From positions 1 through 48,658 of the forward strand of contig CAZWTX010000017.1 in assembly GCA_964637135.1 (NCBI GenBank): a stretch of DNA of 48,658 bases, given 5' to 3'. Source of the stretch: an uncultured Methanospirillum sp. (GTDB taxonomy: Archaea; Halobacteriota; Methanomicrobia; Methanomicrobiales; Methanospirillaceae). The position numbers were made by a program, and so were the translations under genes. Shown here in pieces: positions 9,832 to 20,094 of the stretch. Under the pieces are notes generated by a model. That model was not told the DNA's origin and ran no database searches. It worked only from the letters and a program-made list of their open reading frames with translations. How positions within the stretch are numbered: position 1 is the first letter of the stretch; each line of letters opens with the position of its first letter.

Positions 9832-10988
9832 AGGCAGCGACGCTTACCTTCATCAGACAACGCTTCACGGAATATTACGAGAAAAACCGCCTTTCTCCGC
9901 CTTCATCGGTCGGGCAACGGGAATTCGGATTTATCTTCTTTGACGGGAATTACCCGGAAGATATGAGGATGAGACGGCATATCGGATTTGCCAGCCAGGA
10001 TGAGATGCAGGAGTATGTCCGCACTCTTATCCCTGCCCATGCATACTACTCTGTTGCGTACTATGGAACACCGAATGCACCGACCATGGGGGAGAAAGGA
10101 TGGCTGGGGGCGGATCTCATCTTTGACCTGGATGCTGATCATCTGATGCGGGGTTCCTACCAGGCAATGCTCGATCGGATCAAGGAGGAGGCGGTTAAAC
10201 TGGCCGGGGTACTGACCGGTGAACTCGGTATCGATCCACGCCAGATGAAACTGGTTTTCTCAGGCGGGAGGGGATACCATATCCATGTCCACGAGATCGC
10301 CTTCAGATCCTATACCTCTCAGGAACGTCGGGAACTGGTGGATTACATCTGTGGCACGGGGATTGATCCGGGTATCCTCGCTGACTGGAAGGCCGGGCGG
10401 CCGGGATGGCATGAACGGTTCAGGGGAGCACTCCTCACGTATCTTACCGGGCTCTCAGAAAAACCGGTGAAGGAAGCAACCCGGGAACTGACCACATTCA
10501 GGGGCATCGGCGAGACCAGGGCAACCCGGTTCATGGACATGACTGATGGTCTCATCGCAGACCTGAATACGAGGCCTGACCGGATCAACCTGAAAGACCA
10601 GACAACCGGGGCGGTTCTCGATACCCTCCTTACCGAGAAAGAGAGTCCGCTTGCCAGCATCATCAGGGAAGCCGGGATACAGGCAGATGAACCGGTGACA
10701 ACCGATATCAGGCGCCTGATCCGGCTTCCCGGATCACTCCATGCAAAATCCGGATTCAGGGTCACCCCGATTGCCCTGAAGGAACTGGACAGGTTCGAAC
10801 CGCTCATCGATGGCGTCGCGTTCGGTGACCGGCAGGTACGAATTGAAGCAGCTGGAGAGTACACCGTTCCCCTCCTCGGGAACACCTGGCAGATCACAAA
10901 AGGATCCCAGCAGGTTCCCGAAGCGGTCGCCCTCTTCCTCTGTTGCCGGGGCATGGCAGAGATCGGGGGTGAACCCCGTGCATCTTGA
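9828..10988 (+). CDS. priS: DNA primase catalytic (small) subunit
   Basis: REFGF, DLIFDLDADH, FSGGRGYH, DEPVTTDIRRLIRLPGSLH. Confidence 0.95.
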   Translation: MKAATLTFIRQRFTEYYEKNRLSPPSSVGQREFGFIFFDGNYPEDMRMRRHIGFASQDEMQEYVRTLIPAHAYYSVAYYGTPNAPTMGEKGWLGADLIFDLDADHLMRGSYQAMLDRIKEEAVKLAGVLTGELGIDPRQMKLVFSGGRGYHIHVHEIAFRSYTSQERRELVDYICGTGIDPGILADWKAGRPGWHERFRGALLTYLTGLSEKPVKEATRELTTFRGIGETRATRFMDMTDGLIADLNTRPDRINLKDQTTGAVLDTLLTEKESPLASIIREAGIQADEPVTTDIRRLIRLPGSLHAKSGFRVTPIALKELDRFEPLIDGVAFGDRQVRIEAAGEYTVPLLGNTWQITKGSQQVPEAVALFLCCRGMAEIGGEPRAS

Positions 10989-11679
10989 GGATTTGCGCAG
11001 GGTGCTCCTTGAGGAGCGGGATTCAGGTGTGCTCACCCCTGTTCCGGTGGATTTGTACCTCCGGACGAATGCAGAGATGAGAAATCTCCAGCAGGAAGTG
11101 TATGCAATGGATGATCCCTTCTCAGATGAGGCACGAATCCTCATCGAAAAGGTTGCCAGCATCAGGGAGACCATCGAGGAGATATTCAGGATCCGGTCCG
11201 AGAAGATCATCTCCCTTGCCCAGAGCCAGTCAGACGGGTCCTACATCGACCGGGAGGAGATCCGGACACTCATTCCCGCAGAACTTGAGATGTTCAACCG
11301 TGTTGTCGATGCAATACGGCTCAGCCGTACATCTCTTGTTGAATGGCGTACATCCCCGGGGGCGATACCCCGTACCACCTTCCCGTCCACCACCCCGGTC
11401 ATCCCGGTTTTATCCGATACATCGTCTGAAGGAATGATGGCACCTGACGGGGTCATCGGGCGCGCAGATGACTCCGGTGACGAGTCATATCCTGTACCGG
11501 AGACAAACCGGGACGCTTTTCCGTATACCCTCGTCAGGGTAAAGATGGAGATGGAACCGTTCATGGGGGTTGACGGGAATACCTATGAACTGGCAACCGG
11601 AGATATCGTTACCCTTCCAAAACGGAATGCCGAGGTTCTGATCGAACGCGACATAGTCTTAAATATCAATCGAGGGTAA
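10978..11679 (+). CDS. DNA replication GINS complex protein (Gins15/51 type)
   Basis: ER...L, R..KII.LA A-domain; B-domain FMGVDGNTY.L..GDIVTLP..NAEVLI.R; lies between priS and rpl44e; GTG start inferred. Confidence 0.8.
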   Translation: MHLEDLRRVLLEERDSGVLTPVPVDLYLRTNAEMRNLQQEVYAMDDPFSDEARILIEKVASIRETIEEIFRIRSEKIISLAQSQSDGSYIDREEIRTLIPAELEMFNRVVDAIRLSRTSLVEWRTSPGAIPRTTFPSTTPVIPVLSDTSSEGMMAPDGVIGRADDSGDESYPVPETNRDAFPYTLVRVKMEMEPFMGVDGNTYELATGDIVTLPKRNAEVLIERDIVLNINRG

Positions 11680-11718
11680 TTAAATAGGTATTTCCATAAT
11701 CCTGTCGAGGCTCATTTC

Positions 11719-11997
11719 ATGAAGATGCCACAAAAATTCAAGACATACTGCCCCTTCTGCCGCAGTCACCAGGAGCATGAAGTAGAGAAGGTCAAGAAAG
11801 GGAAGACCACCGGCCTGCACTGGATTGACCGGCAGAAAGCCCGCAGAGGGAGAGTCGGGAACATGGGCAAGTTCTCAAAGGTTCCTGGTGGTGACAAGCC
11901 GACCAAGAAGATCAACGTCCGCTACCGCTGCACCAGCTGCAAGAAGGCACACCTGAGAGAAGGATTCAGGACGGGGAAGTTCGAATTAACGGAGTAA
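11719..11997 (+). CDS. rpl44e: 50S ribosomal protein L44e
   Basis: MKMP...TYCPFC..H..H...KPTKK...RCTSCKKAH. Confidence 0.95.
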   Translation: MKMPQKFKTYCPFCRSHQEHEVEKVKKGKTTGLHWIDRQKARRGRVGNMGKFSKVPGGDKPTKKINVRYRCTSCKKAHLREGFRTGKFELTE

Positions 11998-12001
11998 TAT
12001 C

Positions 12002-12190
12002 ATGGTACAGTCAAAGCGTGAAACCAAAAGCAAATTTGTAAAAGTAAAATGTCCGGACTGTGAGAACGAGCAGCTCATCTTTGACAGGGCATCAACCACC
12101 GTCGACTGCATCGTCTGCGGTACCAACCTTTCAACCCCGACCGGTGGAAAGGCACAAATCAAGGCAGAGATTATAACTGCATTTGAGTGA
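12002..12190 (+). CDS. rps27e: 30S ribosomal protein S27e
   Basis: SKFVKVKCPDCENEQ.IF...CIVCG..L..PTGGKA. Confidence 0.95.
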   Translation: MVQSKRETKSKFVKVKCPDCENEQLIFDRASTTVDCIVCGTNLSTPTGGKAQIKAEIITAFE

Positions 12191-12197
12191 TCACCTG

Positions 12198-12992
12198 ATG
12201 GATGAGAGAGACTGGCCTGAAGTAGGAGAACTGGTCGTCTGTTCAGTCAAGACGGTAAAGGATTTCGTAGCCTTTGTTACCCTTGATGAATACAACGATC
12301 GGGAAGGCCTCATTCCAATATCCGAGATTGCCCGGGGCTGGATCAAATATATACGGGATCATATCAGGGAAGGGCAGAAGGTCGTCTGTAAGGTACTGAA
12401 CGTCGAGACCCAGAAAGGCCACATCGATCTCTCCCTGAAGGATGTCAATGAACACCAGCGCCGGGAGACTATCCGGATCTGGAAGAATGAATCCAAGGCC
12501 AGGAAATGGATCGGGTTTGCTGCCAAGGCAGTAGGCAGGGAAGACGAGATCCCGAAGATCACCGACACGATATACCGGGAATATGGGGAACTGTACCCCG
12601 CGTTTGAGGAATTTGCTCGAGAAGGCCGGAAATCGGTGGACAAGGCCGGTTTCGACAAAGCACTGGCCGATTCCCTGTACACGATTGCAACCGAGAATGT
12701 CAAGCTCCCGACCGTGATGATCCAGGGGGATCTGTACCTCCGTATCACCAAGTCAGACGGGGTCAATATCATCAGGCGGGCACTACGGAGTGCCGAACCA
12801 AAAGTCGACGGTGCCGAGATTGATATCACGTACCTTGGTGCCCCGAACTATCGCCTCAAAGTCACCGCCTCTAACTACAAGGATGCAGAGAGGGCTCTTG
12901 AAAAGGCAGCAGGGGCAGCGATCGGTGTTCTGAAACGGGCCGGCGGCGAAGGCAAATTTACCAGGAAGGCAAAGTCTGGTAAGGCCGTATGA
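12198..12992 (+). CDS. eif2a: Translation initiation factor 2 subunit alpha
   Basis: WPEVGELVV S1 domain, GWIKYIRD, GHIDLSLK, YLGAPNY. Confidence 0.95.
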   Translation: MDERDWPEVGELVVCSVKTVKDFVAFVTLDEYNDREGLIPISEIARGWIKYIRDHIREGQKVVCKVLNVETQKGHIDLSLKDVNEHQRRETIRIWKNESKARKWIGFAAKAVGREDEIPKITDTIYREYGELYPAFEEFAREGRKSVDKAGFDKALADSLYTIATENVKLPTVMIQGDLYLRITKSDGVNIIRRALRSAEPKVDGAEIDITYLGAPNYRLKVTASNYKDAERALEKAAGAAIGVLKRAGGEGKFTRKAKSGKAV

Positions 12993-13150
12993 AAGGACGC
13001 ATCAGGCGTTGTCCGGCTGATCATACCTATACTCTTTCTGATACCTGTCCCGTTTGCGGACAGGCAACCCGGACTCCCCATCCTGGCAGGTACTCACCGC
13101 AGGATCGGTACGGGAAATACCGGAGATTAGCCAGATGTTGGAAGATATAA
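12989..13150 (+). CDS. nop10: H/ACA RNP protein Nop10 (53 aa, absent from ORF track)
   Basis: Manual translation MKGRIRRCPADHTYTLSDTCPVCG...PHPGRYSPQDRYGKYRR; ATGA overlap with eif2a stop. Confidence 0.93.
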   Translation: MKGRIRRCPADHTYTLSDTCPVCGQATRTPHPGRYSPQDRYGKYRRLARCWKI

Positions 13151-13890
13151 CCATACGTTTTGACGAATCAATCGCACCTGAAGACCGGAAGGCAACGGTG
13201 CTCATTGAAGGCCTGCCAGGGATCGGACACGTGGGAAAACTCGTCGCCGAACATATGATCCAGGAACTCGGGGCGGTGAAGATCGGAGAGATCACCTCGA
13301 TATACTTCCCTCCCCAGGTCCTCATCGGAGAGGACGGCGTTGTCCGCCTCTGCAACAACGAGATATTCCGGTATGCCGGTGATGACGGAAGTTACCTCTT
13401 TCTCATCGGTGACTTCCAGTCAACCTCGGGGGAGGGGCACTACCTCCTCTCGCAGGTGTACGTGGATATCGCGAATGAACTCGGCGTACGAAGAATATAC
13501 ACCATCGGCGGATACGGTGTCGGTCATTTCCTTGAAAGTCCGCGGGTGATCGCCGCCATCAACCAGACAGGTCTCAGGGAAGAGACCGAGGCAGCAGGGG
13601 CAGTATTTGATCCCGGCGAGCCGGGTGGCGGCATTATCGGAGCCGCCGGCCTGATGCTCGGGTTATCAGCCCCGCTGGGCCTTGAGGGGATCTGTCTTAT
13701 GGGAGAAACATCAGGTTACCTCGTGGACCCGAAGAGTGCCATGAAAGTGCTCTCCGTTCTCTCTGCCCTCCTTCACATCACCGTTGACGATACAAAACTC
13801 ACCGAACGTGCGGGAGAGATGGAGATCGCCATCCAGCGGCTGATGGAACAGGAGAAGAAAAGCGACGAAGAACTGTCCTACATCGGTTGA
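13135..13890 (+). CDS. Proteasome assembly chaperone (PAC2) family protein
   Basis: IEGLPGIGHVGKL, FPPQV, GIIGAAGL, CLMGETSGYLVDP, C-terminal YIG. Confidence 0.9.
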   Translation: MLEDITIRFDESIAPEDRKATVLIEGLPGIGHVGKLVAEHMIQELGAVKIGEITSIYFPPQVLIGEDGVVRLCNNEIFRYAGDDGSYLFLIGDFQSTSGEGHYLLSQVYVDIANELGVRRIYTIGGYGVGHFLESPRVIAAINQTGLREETEAAGAVFDPGEPGGGIIGAAGLMLGLSAPLGLEGICLMGETSGYLVDPKSAMKVLSVLSALLHITVDDTKLTERAGEMEIAIQRLMEQEKKSDEELSYIG

Positions 13891-13891
13891 A

Positions 13892-15022
13892 ATGATCCGT
13901 GCAGCCGATCTGCATATCCATTCCTGTTTTTCCATGGCATCATCCGGACGAATGCTGCCTGACGGGATTATAACCGGGTGCCGGACAAAAGGTATCTCGA
14001 TCATCGGGACCGGTGACATTCTCCATCCTGAATGGCTGAAGATGTGGGAAGAGACCAGGATCCCGGATGACATCATCAGCGTTCCGACCACCGAGGTCGA
14101 AGGACTGAAACGGGTTCATCACGTCATCATTCTCCCCGACTTCAATGCGGCACGCGACCTTGGTGCCCGGTTCGCTCCGCACAGTAAAAACCTCGGATCA
14201 AACGGGAGACCGCGGGTCAACCTCACCGGCGGGGAGATACTCAGGCAGGTCCATGAGGTCGGGGGAATCGGCGGGCCTGCCCATGCCTTCACCCCGTACA
14301 CATCCCTCTACGGTGCCCATGATGCACTTGCAGACTGTTACGGAGACGAACCCGTCGATCTCCTCGAACTCGGCCTCTCGGCTGACAGCAGTTACGGGTC
14401 CCGGATACCGGAACTTGCACACATACCGTTTCTCACGAACTCAGATGCGCATAGCCCGGAACCTGCGAAACTCGGGCGTGAATTCACAATGCTTGACATC
14501 CCGTCCGCGAACGCAGCGGGAGTCATTGATGCCATCAGGAACGGGAAGGTTACGATGAATGCCGGATTCTTTCCAGAAGAGGGAAAATACAACAGGACCG
14601 GTTGTACGCGGTGTTACCGGCAGTTCTCCCCCGGTGAGGCAGCTGCCCTCAGATGGCGATGCCCCGATGACCAGGGACGGATCAAGCGGGGGGTCAGGGA
14701 TCGGGCCGAGGAACTCTCCAGCGGATCAGAAACAGAGCGGCCCCCCTACCTTCACATCATTCCGCTCGCAGAGATCATCCAGCGTGTTCTTGGTACTTCC
14801 TCAGCGACAACACAGCGGTGCAGAACGCTGTATGACCGGTGCATCAGGGATCTCGGGGATGAGATCACCATCCTTACGACCGTTCCGGATGAGCGGATCA
14901 GGAACATATCTCCCGGTCTTGCAGATGCGATCACCGCGTTCCGGGAGGGGAAGATCATCCTCCACCCGGGTGGCGGCGGCAGGTACGGAACCTTCGAACT
15001 CCCGTCAAACCGCGCCGAATGA
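13892..15022 (+). CDS. PHP-domain TIGR00375 family protein (endonuclease Q-like)
   Basis: DLHIHS, GTGD..HP, PAHAFTP, ELGLSAD, NSDAHS, GKYN.T.C..C, PGGGG.YG. Confidence 0.85.
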   Translation: MIRAADLHIHSCFSMASSGRMLPDGIITGCRTKGISIIGTGDILHPEWLKMWEETRIPDDIISVPTTEVEGLKRVHHVIILPDFNAARDLGARFAPHSKNLGSNGRPRVNLTGGEILRQVHEVGGIGGPAHAFTPYTSLYGAHDALADCYGDEPVDLLELGLSADSSYGSRIPELAHIPFLTNSDAHSPEPAKLGREFTMLDIPSANAAGVIDAIRNGKVTMNAGFFPEEGKYNRTGCTRCYRQFSPGEAAALRWRCPDDQGRIKRGVRDRAEELSSGSETERPPYLHIIPLAEIIQRVLGTSSATTQRCRTLYDRCIRDLGDEITILTTVPDERIRNISPGLADAITAFREGKIILHPGGGGRYGTFELPSNRAE

Positions 15023-15070
15023 CACTGGTTACAGAACCCTTAAAGGAATTTGAACACCGACCATATACGG

Positions 15071-15244
15071 ATGATTGAGGTCCGTCGGGATATCTGTGCC
15101 TATTGTGGCTGTTGCGTCTCGGTCTGTCCAGAGGGCGCCCTTGAGTTGATAGATGCTTATCTGGATGTGGATAAGGACTCCTGTATAAACTGCGGCATAT
15201 GTGTTCGCGTCTGTCCCCTGGGAGCCCTGGAGGCAAAGAAATGA
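15071..15244 (+). CDS. 2x[4Fe-4S] ferredoxin, probable electron donor to GGR
   Basis: [12 protein letters not shown] and [16 protein letters not shown] overlap with the GGR gene. Confidence 0.92.
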   Translation: MIEVRRDICAYCGCCVSVCPEGALELIDAYLDVDKDSCINCGICVRVCPLGALEAKK

Positions 15245-16449
15245 AGCAGGAATATGATATGCTCGTCGTCGGCGGAGGACCGGCGGGAGCATATGCCGCC
15301 AAGACTGCCGCGGAGAAAGGACTCTCCGTCCTGATGGTGGAGAAACGGCCGGCAATCGGTGCTCCGGTAAGATGTGCAGAGGGAGTCGGAAAGGCACTCC
15401 TCCATGAATTCATGCCGCCTGACCCGAAATGGGTTGCCGCGGAGATAGACAAGGCACATATCATCGCACCTGACGGGTTCAGCATGGCCTTAAACCCGGA
15501 GAAGGCAGGAGCGGAGGTCGGGTACGTCCTTGACCGGAAGGTCTTCGACCGGGAACTGGTATGGCAGGCAGCCGGAGCCGGGGCTGACGTCATGGTGAAG
15601 ACGAGAGCGTTTTCACCGATCATGGAGAACGGTGCGGTGAAGGGAGCACTCCTTGAGTATAACGGGCAGATCACTGAAGTCAGGGCTGGCGTTACCGTCG
15701 CGGCCGACGGGGTAGAGTCAAAGTTCCCCCGGTGGTGCGGTATCGATACCACCGTGCCGCTCCGCGAGATGGAGACCTGTGCCCAGTATCTCATGACCGG
15801 AATAGACATTGATCCGAATGCAACCGAGTTTTACACCGGGAACGAGGTTGCACCGGCAGGATATGTCTGGATATTCCCAAAGGGAAATAAGACCGCAAAT
15901 GTCGGGATCGGGATGGGCGGTGACCGGTGCAAACCCGGTGCACGGCCGAAGGACTACCTTGACCGGTTCGTGAAAAAGACCTTCCCGAACGGAAAGGCGA
16001 TAGAACTCATCGTTGGTGGTGTTTCTATATGCCGCCCGCTTGAATGCACAGTTGCAGACAACCTGCTCATCGCGGGTGATGCTGCCCGGGTATCTGACCC
16101 CCTGACCGGCGGCGGGATATATGCTGCTCTCTACACCGGTAAACTCGCTGCAGAAGTTGCTACAGATGCCCTTGGCAAGGGAGATACGAAGAAACAGGAT
16201 CTTATGCCATATGATTCAACCTGGCGGGCTTCGTATCTCGGCAAGGCACTCGAACGGAACTACCAGATCAAGGAGGTCTTTGTAAAACTGACTGATGAGG
16301 ATCTGAACGCCATCATTCACTCGGTATCCAACATGAATCTTTCAGAATTCAACACCTTCAACCTGATCAAAAATATTGTCACCTCAAACCCACGGGTTGC
16401 CTTAAAACTCGGATCAGCAGGTCTGAAAAACCTGCTTGACTCATTCTGA
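15241..16449 (+). CDS. Digeranylgeranylglycerophospholipid reductase (GGR)
   Basis: [33 protein letters not shown] (PxxYxWxFP), GDAA...PLTGGGI. Confidence 0.92.
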   Translation: MKQEYDMLVVGGGPAGAYAAKTAAEKGLSVLMVEKRPAIGAPVRCAEGVGKALLHEFMPPDPKWVAAEIDKAHIIAPDGFSMALNPEKAGAEVGYVLDRKVFDRELVWQAAGAGADVMVKTRAFSPIMENGAVKGALLEYNGQITEVRAGVTVAADGVESKFPRWCGIDTTVPLREMETCAQYLMTGIDIDPNATEFYTGNEVAPAGYVWIFPKGNKTANVGIGMGGDRCKPGARPKDYLDRFVKKTFPNGKAIELIVGGVSICRPLECTVADNLLIAGDAARVSDPLTGGGIYAALYTGKLAAEVATDALGKGDTKKQDLMPYDSTWRASYLGKALERNYQIKEVFVKLTDEDLNAIIHSVSNMNLSEFNTFNLIKNIVTSNPRVALKLGSAGLKNLLDSF

Positions 16450-16495
16450 TCTTTTTTTGGATAATCCGGGTACCCTTTAGGATAACCATGGAACC

Positions 16496-17134
16496 ATGAT
16501 CTGCGGCGTGGACGAAGCAGGAAAAGGGTCGGTGCTCGGACCGATGGTGATAGCAGCGGTAAAATGCACCAGCATGGAAGAGATCGCCATTCCCGGAATA
16601 GCCGACTCGAAAACCCTCACCCCGGGAAAACGGGCAAACCTGTACGATCTCATCACCGGATCGTACCCCCATGTAACGGTCATCCGGACTGCTGAAGAGA
16701 TTGATCAGCTCCGCATGGAGATGACCATGAACGAGATCGTAGCCCGTGCCCATGCCGAAGCGGTTCTTACGATCCACGCCGAAACAGCATATCTTGATGC
16801 CTGTGACGTGAATGCCGAGCGGTACGAAGCACACCTCCTCAACCTGACCGGCAACAGTACCCGGATCATCGCACGGCACAAGGCAGATGCCCTCTTCCCG
16901 GTTGTCTCTGCGGCTTCGATCGTTGCGAAGGTTACCCGGGATCGGGCAATAGAAGAACTTCATGAAACATGGGGTGATTTCGGAAGCGGTTACCCGTCCG
17001 ATCCCCGTACTATCTCTTTTCTTACCGGGTGGATAACCCGGCATGAATCCCCCCCTTCGGTTGCACGGGCGAGCTGGGAGACGGTGAAACAGATCATCTC
17101 CCGGCTGAACCAGCGAAGCCTTGCTGATTTTTGA
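16496..17134 (+). CDS. rnhB: Ribonuclease HII
   Basis: GVDEAGKGSVLGP, DSK, SAASIVAKV.RD, GSGYPSDP. Confidence 0.95.
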   Translation: MICGVDEAGKGSVLGPMVIAAVKCTSMEEIAIPGIADSKTLTPGKRANLYDLITGSYPHVTVIRTAEEIDQLRMEMTMNEIVARAHAEAVLTIHAETAYLDACDVNAERYEAHLLNLTGNSTRIIARHKADALFPVVSAASIVAKVTRDRAIEELHETWGDFGSGYPSDPRTISFLTGWITRHESPPSVARASWETVKQIISRLNQRSLADF

Positions 17135-17181
17135 TCGCAGGCCACCTTTTATCTTCCCGGGAACTTACCTGTACCCAACAC

Positions 17182-18480
17182 ATGGACTGGTTGCTCATAC
17201 TCCTGGCGGGAGCTGCCGGATACGCAGTCATCGCTGCCTACCTCAAAACATACCATATCTTCCCGGATAATATCACCTTCTACGGTCCGATCCTCGGTAT
17301 CAAGACGGATAATGTGGCCTTCTTTGACTGGTTCAGGAAGTACGCCGGCCTGTTCAGGCTGTACGGCACGGCGGGGGTGTTCATGGTGATCATCGTATCG
17401 GTTCTGATGGTTCTCATGCTGACGATCTCGTTCAACATGACCCTTGAACTGAAGCCCGAACCGACTGCAATCCACAAGCCGCAGAACATTCTCCTCATAC
17501 CCGGGGTGAACGAATTTGTTCCCTCGACGGTGGCGGTCTGGCTCGCCTTCATTCTCACCCTGGTGATCCACGAGTTCGGGCATGCGATACTCTGCCGGGT
17601 GGAGCGGATAGCCGTTAAGAGCATGGGTATCCTGCTCCTTGTCATCCCGCTCGGTGCGTTCGTCGAACCTGACGAGGAGGAGGTGAACAAGGCGGCATCA
17701 TGGCCACGAATGCGTATGTACGGGGCAGGGATCATGAACAACATGGTTGCCGGGATTCTCTGTTTCGGGCTCATGATCCTCATGATCGGGTGGGCTGTCC
17801 CGACCGAAGAGCCGGTAGTGGTTGCCCTGTACAAGGATTTTCCGGCAGCAAATGCTGAAATCCCTACCCCGTCGATCATCAGGACAATCGACAATACACC
17901 GGTATCAACCACCGCTGAGGTCTCCGATACCCTGAACCAAACCGCACCCGGCGATACGGTCACTATCGGGTTCGAACACGAGGGGAGGGTCAGTGAGTAT
18001 AACCTGGTGCTTGCACCCTGGCCGGAAGAACTGGACGGAAAGGCCTCAGGATTCATGGGCGTCTACTATTACAACGGGGCCGGGATCATCTCCGGGATCC
18101 AGCGGCTTTTCTCCCCGATAGGGCTCTTTTATCTCCTCTCCGTCCCGTTCAACCCGACAATGGAGGGCCAGTACCTCCGCATACTCGGGTTTGACATCCC
18201 TGATACCGGGTACTATACCGCCCCGTTCCCCGGGTACTGGGAGGTAATCCACCTCCTCTTCTGGGGAGGATTCATCAATTTCGCAGCCGGTCTCTTCAAT
18301 GCCCTGCCGATGCTCCCCCTCGATGGCGGTCTTATATTCAGAGAAGGGCTCGAACGACTTCTGTCACGCCGTGGACTTGAGAAATATGCGGGCCAGTGTG
18401 TCGGAATGGTCTCCTCGCTCATGCTCGTGATGATGCTTGCCCTCTTCATCCTCCCATATGTATACCAGGCTACCGGGTGA
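17182..18480 (+). CDS. Site-2 protease (M50) with PDZ-like insert
   Basis: HEFGH, GAFVEPD, FNALPMLPLDGG; multiple TM segments. Confidence 0.9.
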   Translation: MDWLLILLAGAAGYAVIAAYLKTYHIFPDNITFYGPILGIKTDNVAFFDWFRKYAGLFRLYGTAGVFMVIIVSVLMVLMLTISFNMTLELKPEPTAIHKPQNILLIPGVNEFVPSTVAVWLAFILTLVIHEFGHAILCRVERIAVKSMGILLLVIPLGAFVEPDEEEVNKAASWPRMRMYGAGIMNNMVAGILCFGLMILMIGWAVPTEEPVVVALYKDFPAANAEIPTPSIIRTIDNTPVSTTAEVSDTLNQTAPGDTVTIGFEHEGRVSEYNLVLAPWPEELDGKASGFMGVYYYNGAGIISGIQRLFSPIGLFYLLSVPFNPTMEGQYLRILGFDIPDTGYYTAPFPGYWEVIHLLFWGGFINFAAGLFNALPMLPLDGGLIFREGLERLLSRRGLEKYAGQCVGMVSSLMLVMMLALFILPYVYQATG

Positions 18481-18549
18481 CTGAGATTATCCGAAAAACA
18501 CAGGTAAAAGATACATCCTTAATGGGATGGAAGACTATCAATTGGGATT

Positions 18550-19587
18550 ATGAACCATCTCTCCCACTTGTTCCTTGCAGCAGGACTGCTCTGTCTGATC
18601 CTGTTTGCCGCTTCACCGGTATCGGCATTTGAAACCCGGACCGGTGGAGCACTGGTCATTGATTCACCGGTTTCAGATGATCTCATCGCATCCGGGGACA
18701 GCCTGACTGTCAATGCACCGGTAAAGAGTATCACCTGGGTTGGCGGGCGGCTGACCGTCAATGCACCGGTAGAGACCAATATCATCGCGGCCGGCGGGGT
18801 AATCGAGATCAATGCACCGGTCGGTATTGATCTCATCGCGGCCGGCGGAACGGTCGATATCGGAGGAGACATCGGTGGGAAGGTGATGGCAGCCGGCGGA
18901 TCGATCACCATGAACGGGAGTGCCGAGAACCTGGCAGCTACCGGAGGCATGGTCATCATCGGGGAGAATGCGGTCATCAGGAAGGATGCAGAAATCAGTT
19001 CTTCCGGGTACCGGACAGAAGGCACGATTGGCGGGGACCTGACCATCCATGATAACGATGTACAGATGGGCGACTTCGATCTCTCTCAGGCCGGGGAGAT
19101 AATCGCAGGTCTGCTCTTCGTCATGAAGATCCTCTGCATCATCGGCCTGTGTATCCTCGGGATTATCCTCATAATTCTTCTGCCTGATGCAATGGCCGGT
19201 CTTGCCATGACCGCCCGCAGTGAGGCCCCGCTCTGCCTCATTACCGGACTGATGTCACTCGTCGGGGCAGGACTCCTCGGGATTATCCTCATGATCACGG
19301 TGATCGGGTTCCCGATAGCCGTTTTCATCCTCCTGTTTGCCGGGATCGGGATCATTCTCTCCCCGATCGTGGCCGGATACGCCGTGGGCGGATGGATCCT
19401 TGAGAAAGCCGGAAAAACCACCTCCCCGATAATCCCCTTCCTCCTCGGGTTCATCCTCCTTCACATCCTCTTCTGTATCCCGTTCATGATCGGGCTGGTG
19501 ATACTGGTGGTGACCATCATCTTCGGTTTCGGGGCAGTCAGCTTCGCAACCTTCCAGGTCCTCAGGAACCAGCCAGGGCCCCTCTGA
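18550..19587 (+). CDS. Membrane protein with bactofilin-like beta-helix repeats
   Basis: Signal peptide, 16-17 aa repeats (IAAGG.V.I.APV), C-terminal multi-TM region. Confidence 0.75.
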   Translation: MNHLSHLFLAAGLLCLILFAASPVSAFETRTGGALVIDSPVSDDLIASGDSLTVNAPVKSITWVGGRLTVNAPVETNIIAAGGVIEINAPVGIDLIAAGGTVDIGGDIGGKVMAAGGSITMNGSAENLAATGGMVIIGENAVIRKDAEISSSGYRTEGTIGGDLTIHDNDVQMGDFDLSQAGEIIAGLLFVMKILCIIGLCILGIILIILLPDAMAGLAMTARSEAPLCLITGLMSLVGAGLLGIILMITVIGFPIAVFILLFAGIGIILSPIVAGYAVGGWILEKAGKTTSPIIPFLLGFILLHILFCIPFMIGLVILVVTIIFGFGAVSFATFQVLRNQPGPL

Positions 19588-19654
19588 TCCCTTTTTTTCA
19601 GGGACCGGGGCAGCAGGTTGCTGTCAATCTGACCGGGCACTAGTCCCGGGGCGG

Positions 19655-20005
19655 GTGGGCATACATATAAAACCGCCTGAAAATGAAGAACTCCACACAC
19701 TTCCTCAGGAGGGAGACACGATCTTCGGAGTTCTGATCGACGGTGCGTTCATTACCGTTGCTATTATCATGCTGGTTGCCTCCATAGCAGGATTCCTACT
19801 CACCGGGAGGCCGCGGCCCCGGGTTCTGCTTCTCTTCATCCTCTGCATTCTCACCTGGATCGGCGGATTCTGGATGACCTTTTCCAGTCACAGACCGGTC
19901 CACACCGCATTATGGCAGTTTATCAGTCTGGGTGCAATGGTCCTGACCATCTGCTCAAGTGTGATCGTCCTGACAGAGATAGCCGGCCAGAAGGAAGACC
20001 GGTAA
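19655..20005 (+). CDS. Small hypothetical membrane protein (about 3 TM; start uncertain)
   Basis: Three hydrophobic stretches; fills the space between neighbours; no clear ATG/SD start. Confidence 0.55.
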   Translation: MGIHIKPPENEELHTLPQEGDTIFGVLIDGAFITVAIIMLVASIAGFLLTGRPRPRVLLLFILCILTWIGGFWMTFSSHRPVHTALWQFISLGAMVLTICSSVIVLTEIAGQKEDR

Positions 20006-20094
20006 CCGGTACAGATGCCCGCCATCGTTCCCGTCAGCTGCTTCCGGCCGGTCTGATACACAACAGAGATATTTCCTGCAGGAGATTCCTTCAT

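Noticed and set aside
9828..13890. priS-GINS-rpl44e-rps27e-eif2a-nop10-PAC2 cluster as a novel system
   Set aside because: Well-known conserved archaeal gene cluster
15071..16449. Ferredoxin-GGR coupling
   Set aside because: Already known in methanogens as the reductase and its electron donor
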